Origin: an uncultured delta proteobacterium
GTDB taxonomy: Bacteria > Desulfobacterota > RBG-13-43-22
Direction of reading: 5' to 3'
NCBI GenBank assembly: GCA_963802945.1
Contig: CAWDKY010000029.1
Location: forward strand, 32,001-96,000
DNA: 64,000 bases
The stretch's first letter is position 1. Each line of letters begins with the position of its first letter. A program made the translations under genes and the position numbers. The notes under the pieces are model-generated. The model was not told where the DNA came from. It searched no databases and saw only the letters and a list, made by a program, of their open reading frames with translations. Shown here piece after piece: positions 33,206 to 42,577 of this stretch.

Positions 33206-34081
33206 ATGATTGCTAATATTTTCGTTATAGGGCTGCTTAACGGCTGCGTCTATGCCCTTTTGGCCTCAGGCTTCAGTCTACTGTTTAGCGTAGCCAGGAT
33301 GTTAAATCTTGCCTATACGGCATTTTGGATGGTTGCCGCCTATATCTTTTTGGGCGGCACATTGTTGGGACTTCATCCTCTTTTGGCTGCTTTGATCTCC
33401 ATTGGGGCCACGATCGTTCTGGGTCTTCTTTTCCAACGCTTGATCGATCCCGTCAAGGGGAATCCCATGTCCGTTATGATTGTGACGCTGGCCATCGCCC
33501 TGATCCTACAAAAGGCCGTCTCATTCGTTCAGGATTCTTTTAAAGGTGTCTATTTTCAGATTGTACCCAGCCTGATTAAAGGTTCGACCAATATCTTAGG
33601 CGTGTCCGTTACCTATCAATACCTACTCAGTCTATTCGTCGTCATATTTGTTTTAGCCGGGCTTTGGCTTTTCCTTACCAAGACAAGGTTCGGCATTGCC
33701 ATCCGCGCCACCTCGGAAGACAAACAGGTAGCGGGCCTGATGGGCATCAATGAAAAAGCGGTCTTGAACATTGTTACGGGAATTGCAGTGGGTGTGGCCG
33801 CTATCGGTGGTGTTGTTGTTTCACCTTTGTATGTTTTGGAGCCGTGGATGTGGCTGCAACACCTCATGGTGCTGATGGGCGTGATTGTTTTCGGCGGTTT
33901 GGGAAGCTTGAAGGGTTGTGCTTGGGCGGCGTTTATTGTTGCCTTTATCGAGGCCGCCATCGTTTTTCTGCTTCCGACCATGGGTTTTCTACGTTCGGCC
34001 ATAGTGATGTTTATCATGATCGTCGTGTTGCTGGTAAGACCCCAAGGGCTGTTCGGAAGCATAATGGAGGAACAACATTAG
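33206..34081 (+). CDS. livH: Branched-chain ABC permease, LivH-like
   Basis: YALLASGFSL, TRFGIAIRA, GGLGS, RPQGLFG. Confidence 0.88.
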   Translation: MIANIFVIGLLNGCVYALLASGFSLLFSVARMLNLAYTAFWMVAAYIFLGGTLLGLHPLLAALISIGATIVLGLLFQRLIDPVKGNPMSVMIVTLAIALILQKAVSFVQDSFKGVYFQIVPSLIKGSTNILGVSVTYQYLLSLFVVIFVLAGLWLFLTKTRFGIAIRATSEDKQVAGLMGINEKAVLNIVTGIAVGVAAIGGVVVSPLYVLEPWMWLQHLMVLMGVIVFGGLGSLKGCAWAAFIVAFIEAAIVFLLPTMGFLRSAIVMFIMIVVLLVRPQGLFGSIMEEQH

Positions 34082-34099
34082 AGCTGAAAGGATAGGGTA

Positions 34100-35182
34100 A
34101 TGCAGTTTGGAAAGTTATTAACGTATTTAAAGAACGAAGTTTATTCCGTGCCGACGCGCATGCTGGCGCTGGTTAGTTTGGTCGGCCTTTTTTTAACCCC
34201 TCTTTTTGTAGGTCAGCCCCATATATTACGCTTATTGATCATGATCAATATCTTCTCTATTTTCGCCGCCAGTTGGGATTTGATCAGCGGTTACACCGGC
34301 CAGACCGTTTTGGGGCACGCACTCTTTTTCGGAGTCAGTGCCTACACCTGCGGTATTCTTAACACGATGTTTGGCTGGTCCCCCCTGATCACCATTCCCC
34401 TCGGCTCAATCCTGGCTGTTCTGACCGGGCTGATCGCCGGGTTTCCCGCTTTGAGATTGAAGGGGATATATTTGGGTTTAACGACCATGGCCATGCCGGT
34501 CGTACTGATGGCAGCTATCGAATCATTCCGGGATTTCACGGGCGGTGAACAGGGCATTATCGGCATCGAACAGCTCATAACGAATCGAGTCCGGTTTTTT
34601 TACCTATCCCTGGTGATTATGATTGTGAGCATCACCATTCTGGTGAAGATCACCCGTTCGAAGGTCGGCTTGATCTTTCAGGCGATACGGGACGATGAGA
34701 TTGCCGCACGGGCATCAGGCGTAAACACGACCTATTATAAGCTGCTTTCTTTCAGCGTAAGCGGTTTATTTGCCGGCCTGGCCGGAGGTCTGTATGCCCA
34801 TTTCATGAGAGTGATCGGGCCATCTGTTCTGGATTTCAGCTTCTCGTTTGAGCCGATTATCTGGACGATTTTCGGAGGCGTTGCATCCATCATCGGACCC
34901 GTGGTGGGCGTGTTTATTCTTCTCCCGATTGTGGAGATGCTTCAGGCGCATCTGGGGGATAACGCAACTCTGGTCTATTACCTGATTCTGGTTGTGGTGG
35001 TGATTTTTGCTCCCGGGGGGGTTCTGCGTTGGATAACCAACTATCTGGAAAAGACCTGTCCGGATTGTTCAACAGTGAATGCCTTTACACGCAAGCAATG
35101 CCGGGTCTGCTCCAGACCGTTGAGCCATGAAACCGGTAAGGAAATCGCTACTGAGAATGCCGTGAACAATGTGAGGGGTTAG
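34100..35182 (+). CDS. livM: Branched-chain ABC permease, LivM-like, with C-terminal CxxC...CxxC
   Basis: GYTGQ..LGHA, TGGEQG, AIRDDEIAA. Confidence 0.88.
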   Translation: MQFGKLLTYLKNEVYSVPTRMLALVSLVGLFLTPLFVGQPHILRLLIMINIFSIFAASWDLISGYTGQTVLGHALFFGVSAYTCGILNTMFGWSPLITIPLGSILAVLTGLIAGFPALRLKGIYLGLTTMAMPVVLMAAIESFRDFTGGEQGIIGIEQLITNRVRFFYLSLVIMIVSITILVKITRSKVGLIFQAIRDDEIAARASGVNTTYYKLLSFSVSGLFAGLAGGLYAHFMRVIGPSVLDFSFSFEPIIWTIFGGVASIIGPVVGVFILLPIVEMLQAHLGDNATLVYYLILVVVVIFAPGGVLRWITNYLEKTCPDCSTVNAFTRKQCRVCSRPLSHETGKEIATENAVNNVRG

Positions 35183-35250
35183 ACGTGACCTGAGATTTTA
35201 TTTATCCAACGCTTACCCTATGGACCTGAAGAACCAGAGAGGAGTTTACT

Positions 35251-36012
35251 GTGAGTTTTCTTGAAGTCAAAGGCCTAACAAAACATTTCGGCGGCATCAC
35301 GGCCGTCGACAATGTCAGCTTTCAAGTTCATCCCAATGAAATAGTCGGCCTTATCGGGCCGAACGGCGCCGGAAAATCGACGCTGGTTCAAATGTTGATG
35401 AGAGTCACGAAACCGGACAGCGGTCATATCTATTTCCGGGATGAGGAGATAACGCGTCTTAACAACTGGCAGGCGGTTGGGCGGGGCATTGCTGGTTCCT
35501 TCCAGTGTACCCGGCCTTTTCGCCGTTTACCGGTCATTGCCAATGTCATGGTTCCCTGCACCGTATCACGTGCCTCCAAACGTGGCGGGCAACTGAAACC
35601 GGAAAACCAGGCGATGGAAATCATGAAACGTGTCGGTATCGAGCATCTGGCGAAGACGCCCGCTGCCAAACTATCCCAAGGCGATTTGAAACGATTGGAG
35701 ATTGCCCGGGCTTTGGCCACCTGTCCGGATCTGATGATTCTTGATGAGCCCTTCGGTGGCTTAAATCCTAATGAGGTAGAACTGCTTTCTGGATTAATCA
35801 AAGATTTGCGCGCCGGCGGATGTTCCGACCCTTTGCTCAATAATGAGGGCCTGTCCATAATCATCATTGAGCACAAGCTTTCCGAGCTTATGAAAATTGT
35901 CGATCGGGTGATTGTTCTGTGCTTTGGAGAAGTTCTGGCCGAAGGCACACCGGCGGAGGTAACGCAAAACGAAAAAGTCATTGAGGCCTACATCGGAAAG
36001 GAGGGTATCTAA
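35251..36012 (+). CDS. livG: ABC ATPase, LivG-like
   Basis: GPNGAGKST, LDEP, IEH, AYIG. Confidence 0.9.
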   Translation: MSFLEVKGLTKHFGGITAVDNVSFQVHPNEIVGLIGPNGAGKSTLVQMLMRVTKPDSGHIYFRDEEITRLNNWQAVGRGIAGSFQCTRPFRRLPVIANVMVPCTVSRASKRGGQLKPENQAMEIMKRVGIEHLAKTPAAKLSQGDLKRLEIARALATCPDLMILDEPFGGLNPNEVELLSGLIKDLRAGGCSDPLLNNEGLSIIIIEHKLSELMKIVDRVIVLCFGEVLAEGTPAEVTQNEKVIEAYIGKEGI

Positions 36013-36759
36013 TTGCTGCTGGAAGTCGAAAACCTATCCGTGTATTACGACCAGGCCTTGATCCTAAGCGATGTCAATCTGAAGATTGATATAGGCGAAC
36101 TGGTCAGTCTGGTGGGGCCCAACGGTGCGGGGAAAACTACGCTGTTGCGAGCTATATCAGGGATGGTTAATAAAGAAAAGGAGGAGCTGAAGTTCTCCGG
36201 GAGCAGTGTCCGTTTGCTGGGGAAGGTCACCTACCAGGGGGAGCGGATTGATCATTTATTGTCTTATCAAATCGCACGCAAGGGATTGATTCATTGTCCG
36301 GAGCGTCATCGCCCTTTTCCGGGGATGTCGGTGGTCGATAATTTGCGGGCCGGTGCTTTCCTTTGCCGAGACAAAGAGGAAGTCAAACGACGATTGGACA
36401 TTGTCTACGGTTTATTTCCGGTGCTCAAAGAGCGGGGATTCCAAATATCGGGAACGCTTTCCGGGGGCGAGCAGCAGATGCTGGCGATTGGACGGTCCTT
36501 TATGCTTCAGCCCGATCTTCTTTGTATCGACGAACCTTCGTTGGGTCTCGCACCGCAAGTTAAGAAGGTCGTGTTTGAGCAGATCCGTGAAATCCAGAAG
36601 CATGGCATAGCTATTCTTCTTATAGAGCAGGATGTCAAGTTGTCTTTTTCTATATCCGCCAGGAGCTATATTCTTTCCAGCGGAAGAATCGTCGCCGAGG
36701 GCCGTAACGAAGATTTGCTCAAGGATGAAACGGTAAGGGCATCTTACCTGGGATTATGA
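36013..36759 (+). CDS. livF: ABC ATPase, LivF-like
   Basis: GPNGAGKTT, LSGGEQQMLAIG, DEPSLGLAP. Confidence 0.92.
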   Translation: MLLEVENLSVYYDQALILSDVNLKIDIGELVSLVGPNGAGKTTLLRAISGMVNKEKEELKFSGSSVRLLGKVTYQGERIDHLLSYQIARKGLIHCPERHRPFPGMSVVDNLRAGAFLCRDKEEVKRRLDIVYGLFPVLKERGFQISGTLSGGEQQMLAIGRSFMLQPDLLCIDEPSLGLAPQVKKVVFEQIREIQKHGIAILLIEQDVKLSFSISARSYILSSGRIVAEGRNEDLLKDETVRASYLGL

Positions 36760-36867
36760 ACCGGCGTTTAGCGTGTCGGTTTTAGGCTGCGATTCCCATT
36801 GGGACCTGAGAGGTCTGAAGATCAAGGGAATTCTTTTATTGCTTATCATACTCCAATGATCTCTCAA

Positions 36868-37023
36868 CCTGGCGTCGTCATCGCCATTTAGACCTTCGGT
36901 GATTTCCTCGGATTCAATCCCCACGGCCACATCCTCGTGACGGACGGCTGCTTTAACGGGAAAAAGGGCATGTCTCGCATTGCCCCGCCTCTGGAACTGA
37001 AAAAAATGGAGGCCATCTTTCGC
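36868..37023 (+). pseudogene. IS91-family (HUH) transposase fragment
   Basis: Translates PGVVIAI*TFGDFLGFNPHGHILVTDGCF...LELKKMEAIFR, with an in-frame stop. Confidence 0.75.
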
Positions 37024-37175
37024 CGACCGAAAATGTCGGTGCTTTTCTTAAACGGTTGCTTCTTTTGTCATCAGATATTATATTTTATTTAGATTCTACT
37101 GACGGCAGGCTTCTTTTTGCAGTCGTAGAAAGAGGCGCAGAAAGGTGCGTCGGAAAATTGTGTTAATGGAGGTCG

Positions 37176-38234
37176 ATGATGCCAGAACGAAGGTTGTCTA
37201 AAGTCATGACAACCAGGGAGGCGATAAGCCGGTTTGTTCGAGACGGTGACAGTGTGATTACGGGCAACTATACGGAGTCTTTACCTCTGAGTCTTATTTT
37301 TGAGATCATCAGACAGCGAAAAAAAGGACTGACTTATTACAGCCAATCCGGCTCGCTCGATGCGGACTTCCTGGTCGCCGGAGACTGCGTCGACAAAATG
37401 ATATCGGCCTTTTTGTCGAAGTTTGGAGGGCGAGATGCGGGCTGCATGGTCGAACGGTACCAGCGCGCCGGGAAGCTACTTGTGGAAGACTATTCGAATT
37501 TCACGTACAGTGCCCGCCTCGCAGCCGGCGCTTACGGTTACTCCTATATGCCGGTCCTTCCGGCCATCATGGACACGGACGTCTTCCGGATCCGGGGCTT
37601 CATGGGAGACCAGAAATTCGGCCTGACAACCTGCCCGTTTACAGGCCGGCAGATCCCCGTCGTTCCGGCGGCTAACCCCGATGTCTGTCTGCTGCATGTC
37701 CAGCGAGCGGATAAATTTGGCAACGCCCAGCATTGGGGCGGCCTGGGTTCCACCGTCCATGCCTGCCTGGCCAGCAAAAAAATCATCGTGACCTGCGAAG
37801 AGATCGTCGACCATGACATCATCATATCAAGTCCCCATTTGACGATTGTCCCCGCCTTCCGCGTCTGTGCCGTCATCGAGGAACCTTACGGCTCGCATCC
37901 CACGGAACTTCCGGGTTACAGAAACAGGGATATGGCGATGAGCAGCCTCATCACGAGTTCCTACACCAAAGAAGAGGGTTTGAAAACCCTGTTCGACGAA
38001 TGGGTTTATGGTTTGCCCGACCGGTCGGCCTACATGGATCATTATATAAAAGTCTTCGGCCAGGTCTCGCTCGACCGCATCCGCGCTAAACCCTACTATT
38101 CGGCACCCGCCAATTACGGCATTGCTTTCGATTCGGGTTGGGATGCGAACGGTCTTGCCTGGGAACTCGGCGTTGATATGGAGGGACTGGAAAGGCTGAT
38201 CGAGCAGAAAGGAGAAATTGTCGATGTTGACTAA
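37176..38234 (+). CDS. Family I CoA-transferase subunit A (GctA-like)
   Basis: EAISRFVRDGD, EIIRQ, HVQRADKFGN. Confidence 0.88.
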   Translation: MMPERRLSKVMTTREAISRFVRDGDSVITGNYTESLPLSLIFEIIRQRKKGLTYYSQSGSLDADFLVAGDCVDKMISAFLSKFGGRDAGCMVERYQRAGKLLVEDYSNFTYSARLAAGAYGYSYMPVLPAIMDTDVFRIRGFMGDQKFGLTTCPFTGRQIPVVPAANPDVCLLHVQRADKFGNAQHWGGLGSTVHACLASKKIIVTCEEIVDHDIIISSPHLTIVPAFRVCAVIEEPYGSHPTELPGYRNRDMAMSSLITSSYTKEEGLKTLFDEWVYGLPDRSAYMDHYIKVFGQVSLDRIRAKPYYSAPANYGIAFDSGWDANGLAWELGVDMEGLERLIEQKGEIVDVD

Positions 38235-39039
38235 GAAAATAACCAGAGCAGAACTACTGGTTGTTGCCGCCGCGCGTCAGATCAAAAATGGCGACGTTGT
38301 TATTCTGGGGATCGGGGTGCCGGTTTATGCCGGCGCCATCGCCAAGAAGACCCATGCCCCCGACGCGGTCCTGGCGCTCGAATCGGGAATTATCGATTTC
38401 GATCCCCTCGTGCCGCCGGTAAATATCGCCGACGCCACCTGCACCCGCGGATATGGCTATGCGACGGACCTGTTCAGCGTCTTTACGACCATCGCTTATG
38501 CCGGATACCTTGACAAGGTCTTTCTCGGCGTCGGCCAGATCGACCGCTACGGTAATCTGAACACGACTTATCTGGGTGAGCCGCCCCAGGCTCAGCGCAT
38601 CACAGCCGCGGGCGGAGCGCCGGATTTTGCCGCCTATGCGAAAGAGACCATCCTTACGATGAAGGGGCAGGGCTTTGTCGAAAAACTGCCTTATCTCACT
38701 TCGCCTGGCTATCTGGGCGGCGGAGACGAGAGAGAAAAATCGGGCCGGTACACGCGCGGCTCCGGTCCAAGCCTCCTTCTCACTCCGAAGGCGATGTTTC
38801 GTTTCCACCATGAAACCAAGGAAATGTACCTCGATGCTTTGTTTCCCGGATTCACGGTGGAGGACATCCGCGCCGACATTCCGTGGGATCTGAAGGTGGC
38901 CGATACACTCAGCCACGTTCCCATTCCCACAGACGAAGAGATCTATTATTTGCGCAAATTTGCCCCGCGCAGCCCTTTCAAGAACAAAATCGGACGGGAA
39001 CTCATGATCGAATATTTTGAAAAGAAGAGAAAGGCGTGA
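38224..39039 (+). CDS. Family I CoA-transferase subunit B (GctB-like)
   Basis: LESG catalytic Glu, QIDRYGNLN, SPGYLGG. Confidence 0.88.
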   Translation: MLTKKITRAELLVVAAARQIKNGDVVILGIGVPVYAGAIAKKTHAPDAVLALESGIIDFDPLVPPVNIADATCTRGYGYATDLFSVFTTIAYAGYLDKVFLGVGQIDRYGNLNTTYLGEPPQAQRITAAGGAPDFAAYAKETILTMKGQGFVEKLPYLTSPGYLGGGDEREKSGRYTRGSGPSLLLTPKAMFRFHHETKEMYLDALFPGFTVEDIRADIPWDLKVADTLSHVPIPTDEEIYYLRKFAPRSPFKNKIGRELMIEYFEKKRKA

Positions 39040-39336
39040 TCATCAAGGGTTTTTTACAACCTTCAAAGGTTTCTCATAGGGATGACTGCCGAAGCGATTG
39101 GGCACCAGGCAATCAGTTTGACAGTTTGGGGTCGGGCCACGACAATCTGTTAATTATTCGTAATTAATGTTCTTGAAAAAGGTGTTTTCAAGGCCTATAT
39201 CATCCTTTATGGCCTCCAAAAGAACCTTATAGGAAGCAGCCGCCTCATGAATTTGACTCCCTTCACCTTTGAATAAGGCCTTTTTTCCCATTTCCTTAGT
39301 CTAGTCCGACCTCCATTTAAATTTACGTCAGCTTCC

Positions 39337-39897
39337 TCAACTTGTTGTCCGGCGCCATGATTTCTCCAAATCTCCTGCTTCGGCTGGGCTCCAGGGCTTG
39401 ACCCGAGGCCGCCAGCGTCGAACGCCTGCCTGATAGGCGCTGTAGCTCTCGCCGAATTGCCCCCGAAGCGTCGGCTCCTCGTAAGCGATTACCAAGAGAT
39501 GGAAGAGACACCAGACGACGCCCGTAAAGACAAGCACTCCCAGGCTGCCAAATAGCAGGGCTTGGCCGAGAATAGTCATGACGACGGCTATATACATCGG
39601 ATTCCTGACGTATCGATATAGACCAGACACCACAAGAATTGCTGGAGGCGCCACCGGCGCTGGTGTACCGCGCCCTTGAATTGCAAACCGGGCGAAAGAA
39701 TCCAGTAGGCACGCTGCCCCGATAATGATCAGCAAAACTCCAACCAGGCGTAGGATGCCAAGGCCCAGGAACGGTGGTCCAATCTGCCAGCCGGCAATTT
39801 CACCTGGAATGATACCGGCCACTACGCCGGGTGCCACGCAGAAGAAGATGGCCGTACCCAGCAACGGAGCCAACACACTCTTTTTCTTCTCTCCCAC
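39337..39897 (-). CDS. Isoprenylcysteine carboxylmethyltransferase/PEMT family protein
   Basis: GRGTPAP..LVVSGLYRYVRNPMY, EEPTL. Confidence 0.88.
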   Translation of the reverse strand: MGEKKKSVLAPLLGTAIFFCVAPGVVAGIIPGEIAGWQIGPPFLGLGILRLVGVLLIIIGAACLLDSFARFAIQGRGTPAPVAPPAILVVSGLYRYVRNPMYIAVVMTILGQALLFGSLGVLVFTGVVWCLFHLLVIAYEEPTLRGQFGESYSAYQAGVRRWRPRVKPWSPAEAGDLEKSWRRTTS

Positions 39898-40088
39898 TCA
39901 CGATCTCCTCTCACCCTGCATTTCCCCTCTGGCCATTCTACATTCTTTCCTTAATCGTTAGTTTAGAGTCACCACTTAAAGTCCAGGATTTTAAACCCGC
40001 CCCAGACCTGTACAAAATTAGTATGCTATCACCGGATTTGTCGGGGTCCATCGCCACCTACGTTAGGGGGGCCACTTCAAAATTTCAA

Positions 40089-40229
40089 CTAACGTTGCCC
40101 TGCCGGCCCGGGGATGCTGAACTCTGGTGGTTGGTTAGGCGTCTGAACTGGGGGTCCAGTTGCGCATCCCCCAACAAGCAAGATGGTAGTGAGACAAATG
40201 AAAAAAAGAAAGCAACAGGCTATTTTCAT
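40089..40229 (-). CDS. 46-aa lipoprotein-signal ORF, probably a truncated cassette gene
   Basis: AGGAAGG RBS; MKIACCFLFFICLTTILLVGGCATGPP; follows a GTTAGCA core. Confidence 0.5.
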   Translation of the reverse strand: MKIACCFLFFICLTTILLVGGCATGPPVQTPNQPPEFSIPGPAGQR

Positions 40230-40257
40230 CGTTCCTTCCTTTTACTTATTTTTGCTC

Positions 40258-40330
40258 TGCTAACATAGAGCTCAGTTGCGCCGCCGCATCAGCCCGGCAT
40301 CGCACTGAATTCAACGAATACACCTACAAC
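40258..40330 (-). repeat. attC-like half site
   Basis: ...GGCGCAACTGAGCTCTATGTTAGCA; internal ACTGAATTCAACGA recurs at ~59463. Confidence 0.5.
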
Positions 40331-40385
40331 TGTTTCAAGAATATAGACCGGAAAATTAACAATTGCTATTTGAAGTATTGGTATT

Positions 40386-40489
40386 TGGGGTCAAATCTTT
40401 TATCTTTACATTTTAAAAAAATAGAAAAAGAAATTCAGTCAAGTTTGGAATAAACCGATTGAAATGTAAAGATAAAAGGTTTGACCCCA
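40386..40489. repeat. REP/REPIN-like long palindrome
   Basis: 28-bp arms TGGGGTCAAATCTTTTATCTTTACATTT, one mismatch. Confidence 0.85.
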
Positions 40490-40514
40490 TTTTCACAGTG
40501 TTCAGCTTAAAAGC

Positions 40515-40612
40515 TTCTTTTGGGGGGCAAAAAGATCGGTATAAGGCCTTTTTATCCCCTTATTTTTAGTATCTTCCAGTGGAATTTCACCCTGTTGTTT
40601 TGGTCCGACCCC
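40515..40612. repeat. Repeat family A copy (partial)
   Basis: TCTTTTGGGGGG..AAAA..TCGGT...TCCGACCCCAATT as at 28830-28930. Confidence 0.7.
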
Positions 40613-40689
40613 AATTACACAGATCCTGTTCTCATTAGGGTAGGGGAGTAGGCCTTGAATATTACAAATTACAGCGTTAGTGAATCAAT

Positions 40690-40746
40690 AGGGTCAGGTC
40701 TTTTATTGTGGTATTAGTAAAATATCAAGATAAAAGACCTGACCCT
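40690..40746. repeat. REP-like palindrome
   Basis: 17-bp perfect arms AGGGTCAGGTCTTTTAT. Confidence 0.85.
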
Positions 40747-40764
40747 TTCCCGCATTGGCCCCGA

Positions 40765-40808
40765 CCCCTCACAAAATCGGGCTTGTGATTTCCCGCATCC
40801 GATTTTTC
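40765..40808 (-). mobile_element. Degenerate group II intron domain V fragment
   Basis: AAAATCGGATGCGGGAAATCACAAGCCCGATTTTGTGAGGGG. Confidence 0.5.
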
Positions 40809-41005
40809 AGACATAGGAGGGAAGTAGGGAATTCCCTCTCTACACGAATTCGCCTTTATTTTTAAACATTATTTAGACTTCTACTCAGATTTGTAAAGAT
40901 AAATTTCAGATATTCAGTAAGGTTGTTCTAAGGACCTCCTGCTCTTGTAACATCCTGACCTAAAGTCCAAGATTATAAACCCGACCCCCAGACCTACCTC
41001 CTTTG

Positions 41006-41338
41006 TCACTGGGCGTGTTTGCCGCATAATGCCGTCCATGGGATGGCTTCGAGCCGCTTTATGGGTATCGGTTTTCTGCAAACCTCGCAGAAGCCGTATC
41101 GGCCCGTTTCCATCATCGACAGCGCATGGTCAATAGCCTCGATCTCTTCTCTCTCCTGGTCATCCAGGTGCTCCAGGAAGTCGGCTGAGGACTCCTTCTG
41201 GGCTTTTTCTTCGGGCTCGATATCGGGCTCGGCCAGGATATGCTGCGTTTCTTCAGAGTTTCTGTGCTTTTCGAGAAGTTCGTCGCGTCTTTTGACTAAT
41301 CGCGTACGAAGGCGTCTCATCTGTTCCGATCTTTCCAT
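41006..41338 (-). CDS. TraR/DksA family C4 zinc-finger protein
   Basis: GRYGFCEVC..PIPIKRLEAIPWTALC. Confidence 0.9.
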   Translation of the reverse strand: MERSEQMRRLRTRLVKRRDELLEKHRNSEETQHILAEPDIEPEEKAQKESSADFLEHLDDQEREEIEAIDHALSMMETGRYGFCEVCRKPIPIKRLEAIPWTALCGKHAQ

Positions 41339-41694
41339 AAGGACCTCCTGCCTGCAGGATTGTAGTGTCTTCCCTTTGTGCCTTATCTAATATAAGTCAG
41401 ATAGTCCGATTTTAAAAGAGGTCTCAGTAGATTCCCGCACATGAATATTTGGGGATCAAAAAGTTGATCATAGGCCTAAAATAAGCCTCTTTGTTTGAAT
41501 AGTATGATGATATTTTAAATAGGTGTCATCTCCCGACTACTCAAAAATCAATAAAAAACATAATTGAAATTAACAATTGTTGTGTGTATTTTCCCCCTCT
41601 TCCTCTCCTCAGATATTTTTTTGGTATTATGTCCTTTGATTTGGAGCTTTTTACAAAGCCATATATATTTTGACTTTTTACGAACTCGGCTGCC

Positions 41695-42039
41695 TTATTT
41701 ACCACAGCATTTTTTATATTTTTTCCCGCTTCCACAAGGACAGGGCTCGTTGCGTCCAACTTTTTTTTCGGCTGTCGTTGGTTTTAATGGACTCAGCAAT
41801 CTTTCTAAATCGGTAATATCCTCCGGTTGATCCGGTTCCAATCCAATGGTATATTTCCAATTGTTTTTTTCAAATATGGTTGCCACTTCTTTCATTTTTT
41901 CTTCTGTTTGTACACGAACAACTGCCGGATTCTTTTCAGTCCCTAATTTTGCCGTTTTTTTAACAGCAAACATTCTTGCCCTTTTTTCTCCATCAAAAGT
42001 AGTTGCTTTCTTGGTACCATCAACAAATATTTTCCCCAT
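41695..42039 (-). CDS. SEC-C motif protein (PBPRA1643-like)
   Basis: [14 protein letters not shown]...EDITDL; [18 protein letters not shown]. Confidence 0.85.
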   Translation of the reverse strand: MGKIFVDGTKKATTFDGEKRARMFAVKKTAKLGTEKNPAVVRVQTEEKMKEVATIFEKNNWKYTIGLEPDQPEDITDLERLLSPLKPTTAEKKVGRNEPCPCGSGKKYKKCCGK

Positions 42040-42151
42040 TTTTCTCCTTTAAAAATTATGATAGGATTCACCAACCACCTGACCTCAAACGGCAGGAGCA
42101 CTAATTGGTGCCGCCTGCATGGCCTGGGCGGTCACTCCAGCCTGTTTTCTG

Positions 42152-42262
42152 TCATGGTTTTCTTTTCGGTTGCTTGACCAGCTTATTTTTTGCTTTTTGG
42201 TCCTGTTTGTTTGTCCTCTGTTTCTGCCCTTTGTCCTTATCCTTCTTGCCTTTGTCTCCCAT
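42152..42262 (-). CDS. 36-aa Lys-rich small protein (absent from ORF track)
   Basis: GAAAGGAG RBS; MGDKGKKDKDKGQKQRTNKQDQKAKNKLVKQPKRKP. Confidence 0.65.
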   Translation of the reverse strand: MGDKGKKDKDKGQKQRTNKQDQKAKNKLVKQPKRKP

Positions 42263-42321
42263 TGGGTTAGCTCCTTTCTCTGCTGTCCTTCATCTTTTCA
42301 ACGCGAGGGCACGGCGAGTAG

Positions 42322-42520
42322 TGTCAGGTCTATAATGTTTCATTCCCTTTATCATTAACCAAATCGTTTAGACTTCTGTTTAGATGTGTAAAGTAAAATC
42401 CCAGATAGTCGGTACGATTATCCCAAGGATCGCCTGCTCCTGGAATAGACAGACTTAAAGTCCAAGCTGATAGACCCGCCCCCAGATGTGTACAAAATAA
42501 GTATACTGTCATCGGAATTC
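42322..42520. repeat. Repeat family B, REP-bounded element
   Basis: TGTCAGGTCTAT...ATAGACCCGCCCC ends; related at 27710-27805, 39975-40040, 40855-40995. Confidence 0.7.
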
Positions 42521-42577
42521 GGCGCACATCCACCCTGAGGGCGCCATAAGTCGTAGCGCTCAATGGTGTTATTAGAT
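42521..42577 (-). other. Degenerate attC-like recombination site overlapping the HEPN gene stop
   Basis: ATCTAATAACACCATTGAGCG...CGCCCTCAGGGTGGATGTGCGCC imperfect hairpin. Confidence 0.5.

Noticed and set aside
40088-40142. CTAAC...GTTAGGC plus-strand attC candidate
   Set aside because: Arms pair poorly and it lies inside the lipoprotein-stub ORF
27710-42520. Repeats considered as a CRISPR array
   Set aside because: No regular repeat-spacer period and no cas genes
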